From positions 150,164,001 to 150,228,000 of the forward strand of contig NC_042997.1 of NCBI RefSeq assembly GCF_006345805.1: a stretch of DNA of 64,000 nt, written 5' to 3'. The translations under genes and the position numbers were made by a program. Below the pieces are notes generated by a model, which did not search any database, was not told where the DNA came from, and saw only the letters and a list, made by a program, of their open reading frames with translations. Every line of letters begins with the position of its first letter. Position 1 is the stretch's first letter. This DNA is from Octopus sinensis. Its lineage: Eukaryota. Positions 13,882 through 24,664 of this stretch are shown here, piece by piece.

Positions 13882-14110
13882 GGCTGCTAACCCCAAGATT
13901 CCGAGTTCGATTCCTGGCAGTAACATGAATAATAATAATATCATCGAAAATTACCTTAGGAATGAGAACCCAGGTTCGAAATTTCCCCAAGATACCTTAT
14001 GAAGGCTGGAGGGTATATCAGCCGAAACGTTTTGTTAACAACAAACAAGTTGAAGACAAATATCCATCAAATGTAAATAATGTACATAATTCCTCATCTC
14101 TTAAATATAG
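13882..14110 (+). mobile_element. Same tRNA-headed/hammerhead element (right copy, A box missing, 3' extension present)
   Basis: 'ggctgctaaccccaagattccgagttcgattcctggcag...' is the reverse complement of the left copy and continues further 3' to 'tcttaaatatagaa'. Confidence 0.8.
13990..14036 (+). ncRNA. Minimal hammerhead-like motif (core G5 changed to T)
   Basis: CTTATGA-A-GGCTG gagggtatat CAGCC-GAAA-CGTT-ttgtt. Confidence 0.6.
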
Positions 14111-15210
14111 AATTGAATTCTATATATTTATAGGCATTTATATGCATATGCATGTGTGTGTGTACGCATCATTTGGCATACCAAGATGTATATTTAGTAA
14201 CCTGAGGTACAATATAACATAATAGCTTAATCAGTACACTGAGTAGTCTATTGACGTTTCTACAAACATACCTGCTTTTGATGGTATTGCTGCTGCTGTT
14301 ACCATTGTTGCCCTTGTAGCATTTAAAGAATATATGATCATTATCATCGCCATCAATATCATGATCATTATGATAGTCACCGTCGTTGCCATCATTATTA
14401 TCATCAACCCATCTCTTACTGGCTTGCATCTTCTTAATAGTTAGCATCGTTATCTTCATCATCATTACAACAGTAAGTAGACTAATAGCGGGTCAGGCTT
14501 CCTACGCTTTTCCGCCAGAGCAAATAGGTTTTAAAATATTAATATAAATCGACTGTAATCCTCTTGCAAAGTGTGGCCATTGTTAATGTCTTGGAAAACA
14601 TTTTCGCCAGAGCGACGATAAATTTTCAGAATCGGTAGGGCATTAATATATTACGTATTGTTCTATACGCCCTCTCCAATTTCTGAAGCTTGCTAACTTG
14701 TTTTCATGTGAAAGATGGAGTCAGCCATCAGCTAAGTCTATTGAGACACCCGTCGATCCGATATTTTTGACCGGGAAGGCCAGTCGGTCTTTATATGTTT
14801 GTTGGTGAACAAATATGAAAAGGCTGAAGTGAGGCATATTTGACTTGGGGTAAAGCTCATCTAAGATTTCAAGTTTAGACAGTGATGGAAAATGAGACTG
14901 CAAAGTGAAATCCTAATACCCAGCAAATATGGTTAAAGGTAGAAGAGAATGGAGACTATGGTCTGTATAAAGAAGCTGGTTCTGTGCATGCGCCTACAGT
15001 CTGGAGAATGATGACTGGGGAGCATATTTAACCTTAATGATCAAGGTGACCGTTGATTTAAGGGATTTGTATGAGTAGACATCGAAAGTCTTCCCACTAC
15101 TTGGGAATATTTCTGTGTAACAATTTGTTTATATTCCTTTTTGCACGCATTATGCATATGTATATGATGTACGTATATAAACCCAAACGGTATGATCTTG
15201 TACTATTATT

Positions 15211-15633
15211 GAGTGAGAGAGAGCAGTGCTTGCCAACAAAGTGACACTGGGATACAAACACATGAATACCTGCCTGATAAGGTTACACCAGACACATTCA
15301 TTACAACCATATGTGCACGATATGGTGATCTCATAACGAGATAGACAGTGCATGGCCTTGCAGGTGGATCCCAGTTAAATTTTTCTTCAAGTCGAGTATC
15401 CCATCCCGCTCCAAAGGTCCTTGCATAAAGCTTGCTTAAGGATATTGAACGAACACCCATGTTATCAAAGACGAATTCTTCAAACCCCAAAGAATTCCTC
15501 TGGACACATGGCTATGATGTTCCCCAAATACTTCTGCTCGTGATCAGAGATGCACATATTGTCAGCCAATAAGGGACATGCTCAACTGGTTAAAGTCAAA
15601 CAACTGACAAGCTAATCTGTGGTATTGAGTAAA
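15211..15633 (-). mobile_element. Second, 5'-truncated copy of the 560-bp repeat
   Basis: Aligns by eye with 2107-2550 and has an internal deletion. Confidence 0.75.
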
Positions 15634-15665
<32 letters not shown>

Positions 15666-15679
15666 CATTATTATTATTA

Positions 15680-15744
<65 letters not shown>

Positions 15745-15755
15745 TATTATTATTA

Positions 15756-15830
<75 letters not shown>
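15634..15830. repeat. (TTA)n microsatellite
   Basis: Directly visible, about 200 bp. Confidence 0.95.
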
Positions 15831-15831
<1 letters not shown>

Positions 15832-15834
15832 GAA

Positions 15835-16025
15835 GGCGGTGAGCTGGCAGAATCGTTAGCATACCGAGCAACATGCTTAGTGGAACTTCGTCTGTTCCCA
15901 CGTTCTGAGTTCAAATTCCGTCGAGGTCGACTTTGCCTTTCGTCCTTTCAGGATCGAAAAAATCAAGTACCAGTGAAACACTGGGGTCGATGTAATCGAA
16001 TAGTTCCCTCCCCACAAATTTCAAT
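15835..16025 (+). mobile_element. SINE family A
   Basis: 'ggcggtgagctggcagaatcgttagc...gagttcaaattcc...gactttgcctttcgtcctttc...aagtaccagtgaaacactggggtcgatgtaatcga'. Confidence 0.85.
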
Positions 16026-16836
16026 TCTAAGATTGTCTTTCGAGGTCCTCGTTTGTCAGGTGGATGAGATAAACTTCATCCTTTGCTTTTGCCGATTTAT
16101 ACTACGCAAATTTCCTTTCTGTTTTATTATTATGCAGTTTAAATATTTTATTTTTATTTTGTATCAGTTCCTTGTATGTAAATCACTATGTTTTATGTAT
16201 ATCGTTGTATTGTCTCTCTCTTCCGTCGCCCTGGTGGCAAATAAATCATTATCATCATCGTCGTTGTCATTCTTGTTAATATCAGTATTATTCATTTATT
16301 TATTATTGTTGTTGTTATTCTTGTCGCTGTCTAAGCGCAGACAGAGATTTCTCATTGTAATTCTACTGTCAAATCTAATGATGTTACATACTATAATAAT
16401 GGCATGTTTTAGTCGAAATGAATATGACAGAAGTACACGACAGCAAGGCTAGAGTGATTGGACCTAATACAAATTTGTTTTTCAATCTTCGCTATTCTAT
16501 TTCTCGGCTGTCATTTTGCATCATTGTAAAAATACATTTTCATATTTCGATCTAGTATTTAAATACTTTCTCATGAAAAGATATACAAGCGCTGTAAGTA
16601 CGTGGATGTTTTTGTGGTTCTGTGACAGATTGCGTGTGCATGTGTGCGTTTCTGTTGTGTATGCGTATTGATGTTTTTTTGTTTATGCTTATAATGTACA
16701 AGTGTGTGTTTAATTCTATTTTTTTAAAACTGTGTATGCTGGTGTTTACTTACTTAAATCCATATACAAATATATATTCCTCTCTGCATGTGAAATGCGC
16801 ACACACCTAAACTCCACATGTAAATATATGCACACA

Positions 16837-16937
<101 letters not shown>

Positions 16938-17253
16938 TGTGTGTGTATGTGTGAGTTCGTGTGTGTGTATCGTTTCTAAGCAGGAGCAGTGCTGATATTT
17001 TCAAAGTAGATACAAAAAAAAAAGACAGAATGTACCCAATATATGATATTGTAAACATTTTTATAATTGTAATAATTACTATAATATAATTCACAAGTTT
17101 GAGGCAGCGAAATTCATCAAAACAGTCCGTAAGCGTCCATCAATACTTTATCTTTCTGTCCCCAACTTTGTATGGTATTATACAATACGCACACTCGCAT
17201 ACATAGACACAAACTCAAACACGAACACACATACATATGTAATAATAATAATA

Positions 17254-17292
<39 letters not shown>

Positions 17293-17312
17293 TAACGTTA
17301 ATAATATAAAAA

Positions 17313-17403
17313 TAAGAGCATCACAACAAACCACAGCACATACCTAAGGCACACAGAGCTACGCTCGGTAGTGTAGTGAAAGCACGTGATAAAATTAAGA
17401 CTA

Positions 17404-17407
<4 letters not shown>
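17313..17407 (+). mobile_element. Short unique insert within an (AAT)n tract, probably a severely 5'-truncated LINE 3' UTR (R4/Dong-like)
   Basis: About 95 bp of complex sequence with (AAT)n on both sides. Starts 'taagag' like the stop/3' UTR of the element at 24028-24664. Family assignment is inference. Confidence 0.4.
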
Positions 17408-17449
<42 letters not shown>

Positions 17450-17549
17450 CCTACTCGAATAGATTATGCTTTACATATAAGTGTACATACAACTAATTTG
17501 TGATTACTAGGCTGCTACAAGAATGACTTTTGATTGCAAAATGCCTTTC

Positions 17550-17586
<37 letters not shown>

Positions 17587-17594
17587 TATAAATA

Positions 17595-17886
17595 TAAGTA
17601 ATACTAAGCAATAAGGGTTTAGCAACGAGTTGCCTACCACATACCGAATTTAGAAATAGCAGTCAAAGGGTTATAGCTATTTCTTCTACTAAAAAGTAGT
17701 AGAAGAAATAGCTATAACCCTTTGACTGCTATTTCTAAATTCGGTATGTGGTAAGGCAACTCGTTGCTAACCCTTATTGCTTAGTATTACTTAAATTTTC
17801 CTCGAATGAGGCTTTTACATGCCGAAGACTACTTGGTGTAATTGATAATTTTTCCAAATTAATTAATTTCACCCTTCATTATTACT
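17595..17886. mobile_element. Near-perfect ~97-bp inverted repeat with a one-sided extension, between (TA)n tracts (Penelope-like insertion geometry)
   Basis: 17595-17691 is the reverse complement of 17697-17793 apart from two 1-nt indels. Unique tail at 17794-17886. Confidence 0.7.
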
Positions 17887-18239
17887 ATATATAAATATAT
17901 ATATATATAACAGATAACACACTATATTTATTACATCTAATAACTAATATATAAGTGTTTGTTTGTATGACAGCCTGCCATGTCTTTTACATACACTGGG
18001 TTTCCTCAAAGGCTTGTAAGTGAAATTCGTAAATAGAGAATGAAGAAGTCCATCGAATGAGAGAAGGAATTTCAAAATTTAAAGATGTGTCGAACATATA
18101 AAAGTGTTCTCAGTCGAACAATGAATACGTTAAGGGTACACGTGAGATCATAATACTTAGTCACGTCGAAGTCTAATTCAGTAGCTCATCGGAGGCCTGG
18201 AGAAATAGACGTCGAAATCCAATATATATATATATATAT

Positions 18240-18270
<31 letters not shown>

Positions 18271-19093
18271 TATTACATTGGTAAGAAAGTTCTTGGATAA
18301 CCGAGCCGCCTTCAATCCTGCAACCATTCAGGAGTAGTAAGTGTCATTATGTAAAGACTCGGCAAGGTCAGTTAGCTTGGAAAATGGGTCCCACATGAAT
18401 TGACTGAAGTGAACAAACAAGAACGTGTCACTGCATGTCAAGATCTGCTCTGGCGAAGCCGAAGTTTCGATTAGTTGGAGTCAGTAATCACTATGGATGA
18501 AAATTGGGTACTGTACTCCAACGTGAGGCGCAGACGATCCTGGTGTAGCAAAAGTCAACAGCTAAAACCTTCGCTAAAAAGACTGCTTGCGTAAAAGAAA
18601 GTTATGATCTCAACTTGGTGGGATTGCCGTGGTGTGATCATGTTGGATCTTCTCCCACGCAATACCATCGTTGACAAGGATGTTTACTGCGAACAAATCG
18701 CCCGTCTAAAAATCGCGCTTGTCGAAAAAGCGCTGAAATTTAAATATAATTTACCACCATGCGCCAGCACATCGTGCAAAGATGTCACAGAAGCCGATGG
18801 ATGCGGGCTAGGAGATTATAGTGTATCCACCGTGTTCTCCTGACCTTGCCCCTTCTGACTACCACTTATTCTCTGCCTTCCATCACCCGATTGACAATAC
18901 AGAGTTCGAAAACTAGGAAGATGTGAAATCATTCCTTACGACTTTATTGATTCAAAGCCAAGCGATTTCTGGATGAAAGGATTCAAAACTTTGCCTGAAA
19001 GATGGCAACAAGTGATTGATAACGAGGGTGATTATTAATTGTTAATAAAGGGATATGTTAAAAGGGTCCAAGAATTTTCTTAAAAGACTTATA
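18271..19093 (+). mobile_element. Internally deleted mariner (Tc1/mariner) DNA transposon
   Basis: Imperfect TIRs 'tattacattggtaagaaagttcttgga' and 'tccaagaattttcttaaaagacttata', TA context, transposase relics inside. Confidence 0.9.
18350..19037 (+). pseudogene. Mariner transposase pseudogene (catalytic domain; stops and frameshifts)
   Basis: KWVPHEL (18382), ITMDENWVLY (18487), VMISTWWD, SPDLAPSDYHLF (~18835-18871), LPERWQQVIDNEGDY. The N-terminal HTH is missing. Confidence 0.92.
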
Positions 19094-19309
19094 TATATAT
19101 AATATATATATATATATATGTTCGAAGGTTTATAATGGACGCAGGTTGTGTGTCAAATAGCTAGCTTGAGGCGGTGGCATCTTGGAGCTAATCAGCGACA
19201 GCTTTAGTCTTATATTTATAAGACTGCCATATAAGTATGGCGATAACTATTAATTTCCAGTAACGCTGCCGTAATCTCCTTTAGGGAGACTTAGTAATTT
19301 TAATATTTC

Positions 19310-19340
<31 letters not shown>

Positions 19341-19345
<5 letters not shown>

Positions 19346-19645
19346 AAAAAAAAGAAAATGGAGAAAAAATTGATAAACATCAAGTATCAATTATTGATTA
19401 TAAAAAGAAAATATCTCATCTGACAGCTGTTTCTGGTATCACCAGGCATTAATTACTGCAATAATAATAATTATCATTGTAAATAATTAATTATACCAAC
19501 TCAAATGGTGGAACTTCATCAGAGTAGAAAAGTAAAGAATTGGTACATCCTAACTTCTCACTTTCTCTTTATTTTATTTTTTTATACTTTTCTGCTCTGA
19601 TGAAGTTCCACTATTTAAGTTGGTATAATCAATTATTTACAATGC

Positions 19646-19708
<63 letters not shown>

Positions 19709-20020
19709 GTATTAGTATTATTATTATTATTACTATTGTAGTAGTAATTAATGTCTGATAATACCGAGAATAGTGCTAACAGAAACAGCTGTCAGATGAG
19801 ATATTGTATTTTCATAATCAATAAATGATAATTGATGTTTATCAATTATCAGTTTTATCTCATGTTTCTTTCTTTAAGTATAGATAAACTTCGATTTATT
19901 CTTTTCCTTATCTATCATTTATGAGCATTAAATCTAATACTCATTATCACTTATAGGTAATAAGACACCAGTTAATTCATTGGATACAAGTATCCTTTAG
20001 ACGGTTGTTATAGCTCCTAA
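19341..20020. mobile_element. Inverted pair of a non-coding hammerhead-bearing element (Penelope-like termini)
   Basis: Arms 19341-19534 and 19585-19862 are reverse complements. The right copy extends to about 20020. Bounded by (TA)n and (CT)n(TA)n. Confidence 0.75.
19590..19800 (+). ncRNA. Hammerhead-like motif with a very long stem II
   Basis: CTGATGA (19597), GAAA (19782), palindrome CAGCTG, GTC triplet. 'gttccactatt..ggtataatc' pairs with 'gataatacc..aatagtgctaac'. Confidence 0.6.
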
Positions 20021-20032
20021 CTTAACTCACCC

Positions 20033-20097
<65 letters not shown>

Positions 20098-20145
20098 ATA
20101 TATAATATATATAATCAAAATAAGCAACAAGGATGTGTATAGGTA

Positions 20146-20233
20146 ATGCAGTACGATCGTTTCAAGCAACTCCATTTAATTGAACAATGAAATCATTACA
20201 TCAATTTAAATGCAGAGCAATCCTCAGATGCAT
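20146..20233 (-). ncRNA. Hammerhead-like motif, intact core
   Basis: Minus strand: atgcat CTGAGGA ...irregular stem II... GAAA CGATCG TA ctgcat. Confidence 0.7.
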
Positions 20234-21218
20234 AAAGATATAGAATTTAATTGAATTAAAACGGATGGACACATCAGTATAATTTTACCTAAAATCTCCA
20301 AGAAGGTAAAGAGATAGACAAAGAACATGCTGTCTTCACTTCAGCTTAGAAGCTACTAAGGTATCAGGAAGAAAGACTTGTTACAGATTTTGCTTGTCAG
20401 TTTTATGGGGTCAGTTTTCCTTTATAGACTAGTTTATCAAATCTTTGTATATCTAAGGTCAAAAGAACAGGGAGCAGTGCCTGTTAGGAAGAGGGCTTAG
20501 GGAGTCGACAGAAATCATAGTGGGTATAGTCATAAAAATTATCACGATTTATTTGAAGCTATATAACGAGATTTGGTAAAGGAAATCTTAAATCAAGATG
20601 TTAGCTGACAATTAAAGGAGCAAGTCACTAGTAGACTATTGATAATGAAGCAGAGGAAATTTTATCATGGGGTACTATAGTTAATTATTTTAAAAAATAT
20701 AGCCATATTATATAAAGTTAAAATTTAGGGTTATTCCGAAGATTATCAAGAATTTAAATTTTAACTTTATACAATATGGTAATATTGTTTAAATAGTACC
20801 CATGATAAAATTTCCCCTGTTTCATTATTAATAGTCTACTTGTGACTTACCACTTTAATTGTCAGCTAACATATTGATTTAAGATTTCCTTTACCAACTC
20901 TCATTATATTGCTTCAAATGAATCTTGATAGTTTCTTTTGACTATGATTTCTGTCAACTCCCTCAGCCCCCATCCTAACAGGCACTGCTCCTTGTTCAGT
21001 GACAAGCAAAATCTGTAACACGTCTTTCTTCCTGATACCTTAGTAGCTTCAAAGCTGAAGTGATGATAGCATGTTCTTTGTCTATTTCCTTATCTTCTTG
21101 GAGATTTTAGGTAAAATTATACTAATGCGCCCATCTGTTTTACGTAAAATTATACTAATGTGTCCATCTGTATACTAATGTGTCCATCTGTTTTAATTTA
21201 ATTAAATTCTATGTCTTT

Positions 21219-21306
21219 ATGCAACTGAGGATTGCTCTGCATTCAAACTCATGTAATTATTTCATTGTTCAATTAAATGGAGTTGCTTGAAACGATCGTA
21301 CTGCAT
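21219..21306 (+). ncRNA. Hammerhead-like motif, intact core
   Basis: atgca-a-CTGAGGA (21225) ... GAAA (21289) CGATCG TA c-tgcat. Stem I is atgca/tgcat. Confidence 0.7.
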
Positions 21307-21419
21307 TACCTCTGGATATCCTTGTTGCTTATTTTGATCTTAATCGCCTTAATTTGAAATTGCATGGATAATACCGTACTAAATTCTGGTGCCTCAACTC
21401 AAGCACCACGTTCATCAGA

Positions 21420-21458
<39 letters not shown>

Positions 21459-21484
21459 GATCAATATCTATATATATATATATA

Positions 21485-21560
<76 letters not shown>

Positions 21561-21831
21561 ATTTGTGTGTGGTTTAAGAAGGCTAACATTCGGTTAATGC
21601 TGAGAATTAGTGGCATGAAACCAATGGTGGCCTTCAGATGATAACGGTACATTTGCATCTTCCACCATGACACAATTTTCTTTCCACGGTAATCTAAAGT
21701 AAATTTACCTTTAGAATTTAAAACATCATAAACATATTGGAATTAATATAAACCTTGTGTTTGTCTGAATGTGTATGCGCCTGTGTGTGCTCGCGCATGT
21801 GCGTATACATACACACATATAGATATAAATA

Positions 21832-21998
21832 CGGCGGGCTTTCTCCCAGTTTCCTTTCAATGAAATTTATCCATTATGGCATTAGTCGGTCCCAGGCTAT
21901 ATTAGAAGATACTTGCCCTGTGTACCACGCAGTAAAACTCAACGGGAAGCCACGTAGCTGCAAAACGAACCACATAACCACATAGCAATGACTGCACC
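21832..21998 (-). mobile_element. Degenerate SINE family B, 5' half
   Basis: 'cgggctttctcccagtttcc...ggctatattagaagatacttgccc...ccacgcagt...accacatagcaatgactgcacc'. Confidence 0.7.
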
Positions 21999-22282
21999 TA
22001 TATATGTACGCGCACATACACCTCGCACCAATGTGTACAATCGGGCACACACCCACGTTTATGCATACATACATACGTCTACCTTAAAAACATATGTAGC
22101 CACACACGTATGTGTGTGTGTGTGTATATATATATATACATATGTATATTGAGTGTATGAGAGAGAGAGATTGAGGTAATTGTACATGCATAGAAATATG
22201 TGTGTTTAGGTTTTATATATATATATATATATAAATACACACGCACACACATATATGTATATGTAGATGTGTATATAGATGT

Positions 22283-22545
22283 AAGCTTGCAACTTTGTGA
22301 AATTTTCTGGTCTTATTTTCGGAATATCTCATGTATTGTGTATGTATTAGTCTGATGAACAGGCGGAGAAACGTGTCTTGTAACAGACGTTTGATATTCG
22401 TGTCCTTTGTCTGTCATAACACGCCTTACACTGTTCTCAATTCTGATATATATAATACAGTTGCAGGGCATTTTGTTTCCTTTACAACTCTTTCATTTAC
22501 AAGTCTGCTTTTGTTTCTGTTTCCGGCAATCTTTCCTGTTTGTTG

Positions 22546-22549
<4 letters not shown>
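22283..22549 (+). mobile_element. Putative Penelope-like 3' fragment with a degenerate hammerhead
   Basis: 'ctgatga acaggcgga gaaacgtgtc' at 22352-22377. T-rich tail ending at (TA)n. Stem II does not pair well. Confidence 0.4.
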
Positions 22550-22623
<74 letters not shown>

Positions 22624-24027
22624 ATATAATTATATATAATTATATATAATTATATATATATATATATGTGCATATATATAATATGTGTATGTGTATTTTT
22701 GTGTAGAAATATGTACGTACGAGTATACATATGTATGCATTTGATCTTATATATATATGCACATATACACATATGACATCTGAATTATTGTTCAATTCTA
22801 GTATTAGACTAAAGGAATGACTGTAATATATAGTTATGTATAGTAAACATAAAGACATAAAGTAGCACTCTCTATATCCATGTCTGTGTCTCCCTATGTA
22901 CCAGCCTCTTTCTTCCTCTGTCTCTCCCTCTCCCTCTACACACACACGCGCGCGCACACGCGCGTACACACACACACTAATAAAACTTCAACAGCCGCTC
23001 TGTGCGAATTTCGGTGTATATCTATCTAATTTGTTCTAGTAAATATTATTTTACTCCACATCTTATATATTCTCAGTCCCTTTTAGAAATGGAGATATTT
23101 ATGTTGTACATGCATTAAATAAGGCACACACACTCACTCATGCACACACATACACACACACAAACACACATACACACACACACACGTGGACGCATGTATG
23201 TATGCTTTTGTCCCTCTATCGGCTCATGCACCTATACGTGTTAATTTTACTATATGTATTATCTTTACATTTCTCTTCTGTAATACAGAATATGTATTTA
23301 CTCTATCTTAAACAAATTACGTAGAACAGTACAACAGACCATTCAGTGACTGTAATAATAATTTATTCTCAATTCACACGCACTATAGAGAATATTAACA
23401 ATATTCGAATGCGTTTATAAGCTTTGGTACAGAATATTATTTCAATTCCCTAGTTATTTCAAGGCACAATAATGCCGCGTAGTAATTCATTGCTAGGACT
23501 AGACTCTGCATGACGACACCGCAGTTATCACGTAATGCAGTTTATCAGAACACAACGGAGCCCTATATTCTCGATGTTCTAATTATAATCTTAGTTAACT
23601 GAGTCATACTTCAATATATTTGATACCTAATGAGACCGTCGAGTACAATGAACAGGTTTCAAAATCGCGCAGCAGTGAAATGAGGAGCGAAGATATGATC
23701 GCAGCTCAATCATTCATTTAATAATGCAGCTGTCGAGTGATTTTTCCGTCCTAATTATTTCCCGTCAGATTTGGTTAATATTACAATAATGATAATAATT
23801 ATATATACATATCTATGAAAAATGCTCTAGTAAAAATTAAGGTTTATATGCTTCGTAAGAGTCACAGTGCTGGACTAAGAACTTCCAAAAGTATTTCCTC
23901 TACCCCATTCTTCAAAATAATAATAATGATGATGATGATGATGATGATGATGATGGTGATGGTGGTGGTGGTGGTGGTGGTGGTGGTGGTGGTGGTGGTG
24001 GTGGTCGTGGTGGTGGTGGTGGTTATT

Positions 24028-24664
24028 AATATCATATTGTCTTTGCACAGCTTCTAACGCTGGATATCTACTATGGTGTCAGCTGTTCACTACCAGTGAA
24101 CTAAGGTAACACCTCTTATTTTTCGAGCACCATCCGGAGTATTCGAGCAGTTCCAAGCAGTGCTGTTTTCTGCAAGTGCTCCAGCCTTATTGCAGCATCT
24201 TCCATATACTTCTCAACATTTTTACTCACTGTTCTCATGACTCCGACAATTATTGGTATTGCTACCACCTTTTTCGGCGACCACAACTGTTTAACCTCCA
24301 AAGCTAACCTGTTATATATATCGACTCTTCTTTCTTCCTTATCGCATACCTTGTTGTCAGCTGGGCATGCTATATCTATGATCCAGCATCGTTTGCTTTC
24401 TTTCTCAATTAACAGTATGTCTGGTTTCCTATTCTTTATCTCATAGTGGCACTGACTCATAAAATCCCATAGGTTCTTTGCATTATCATTTTCGAAGATG
24501 TCTTCGGGTTTATGTTCGTACCGCTTTTTTGCTCTGTCAAGTCCATACTTGTTGCAAAGTGGCCAATGGACAATCCTTGCTATGTTGCCGTGACGTTTCA
24601 TATTCTTTCTGGGCTAGTGATATACATCCACTGGTAATATTCCCTACGGTTTCACTATTTTGTC
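24028..24664 (-). mobile_element. 5'-truncated R4/Dong-like non-LTR retrotransposon (RLE clade): ORF C-terminus plus 3' UTR
   Basis: Upstream relic 'ETVGNITSGCISLAQKEY' (CCHC-knuckle region), then KRHGNIARIVHW...LWDF...RKPDILLIEK...IIDIACP (PD-(D/E)xK endonuclease) ...LQKTALLGTARILR. The short 3' UTR runs into a trinucleotide microsatellite. Confidence 0.9.
24116..24601 (-). pseudogene. Restriction-like endonuclease domain fragment of the LINE ORF
   Basis: 161-aa ORF with KPDI...IIDIACP motifs. It is frameshifted from the upstream zinc-knuckle relic and lacks an RT domain. Confidence 0.88.

Larger units (their letters stand above)
20113..21420. mobile_element. ~600-bp-arm inverted repeat of a hammerhead-bearing Penelope-like 3' end
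   Basis: Arms 20113-20727 and 20755-21338 with a 27-bp spacer and an extension at 21339-21420. Flanked by (TA)n and (TCTA)n(TA)n. Confidence 0.8.

Noticed and set aside
15880-16452. 190-aa ORF
   Set aside because: It begins inside a SINE and continues through low-complexity T-rich sequence.
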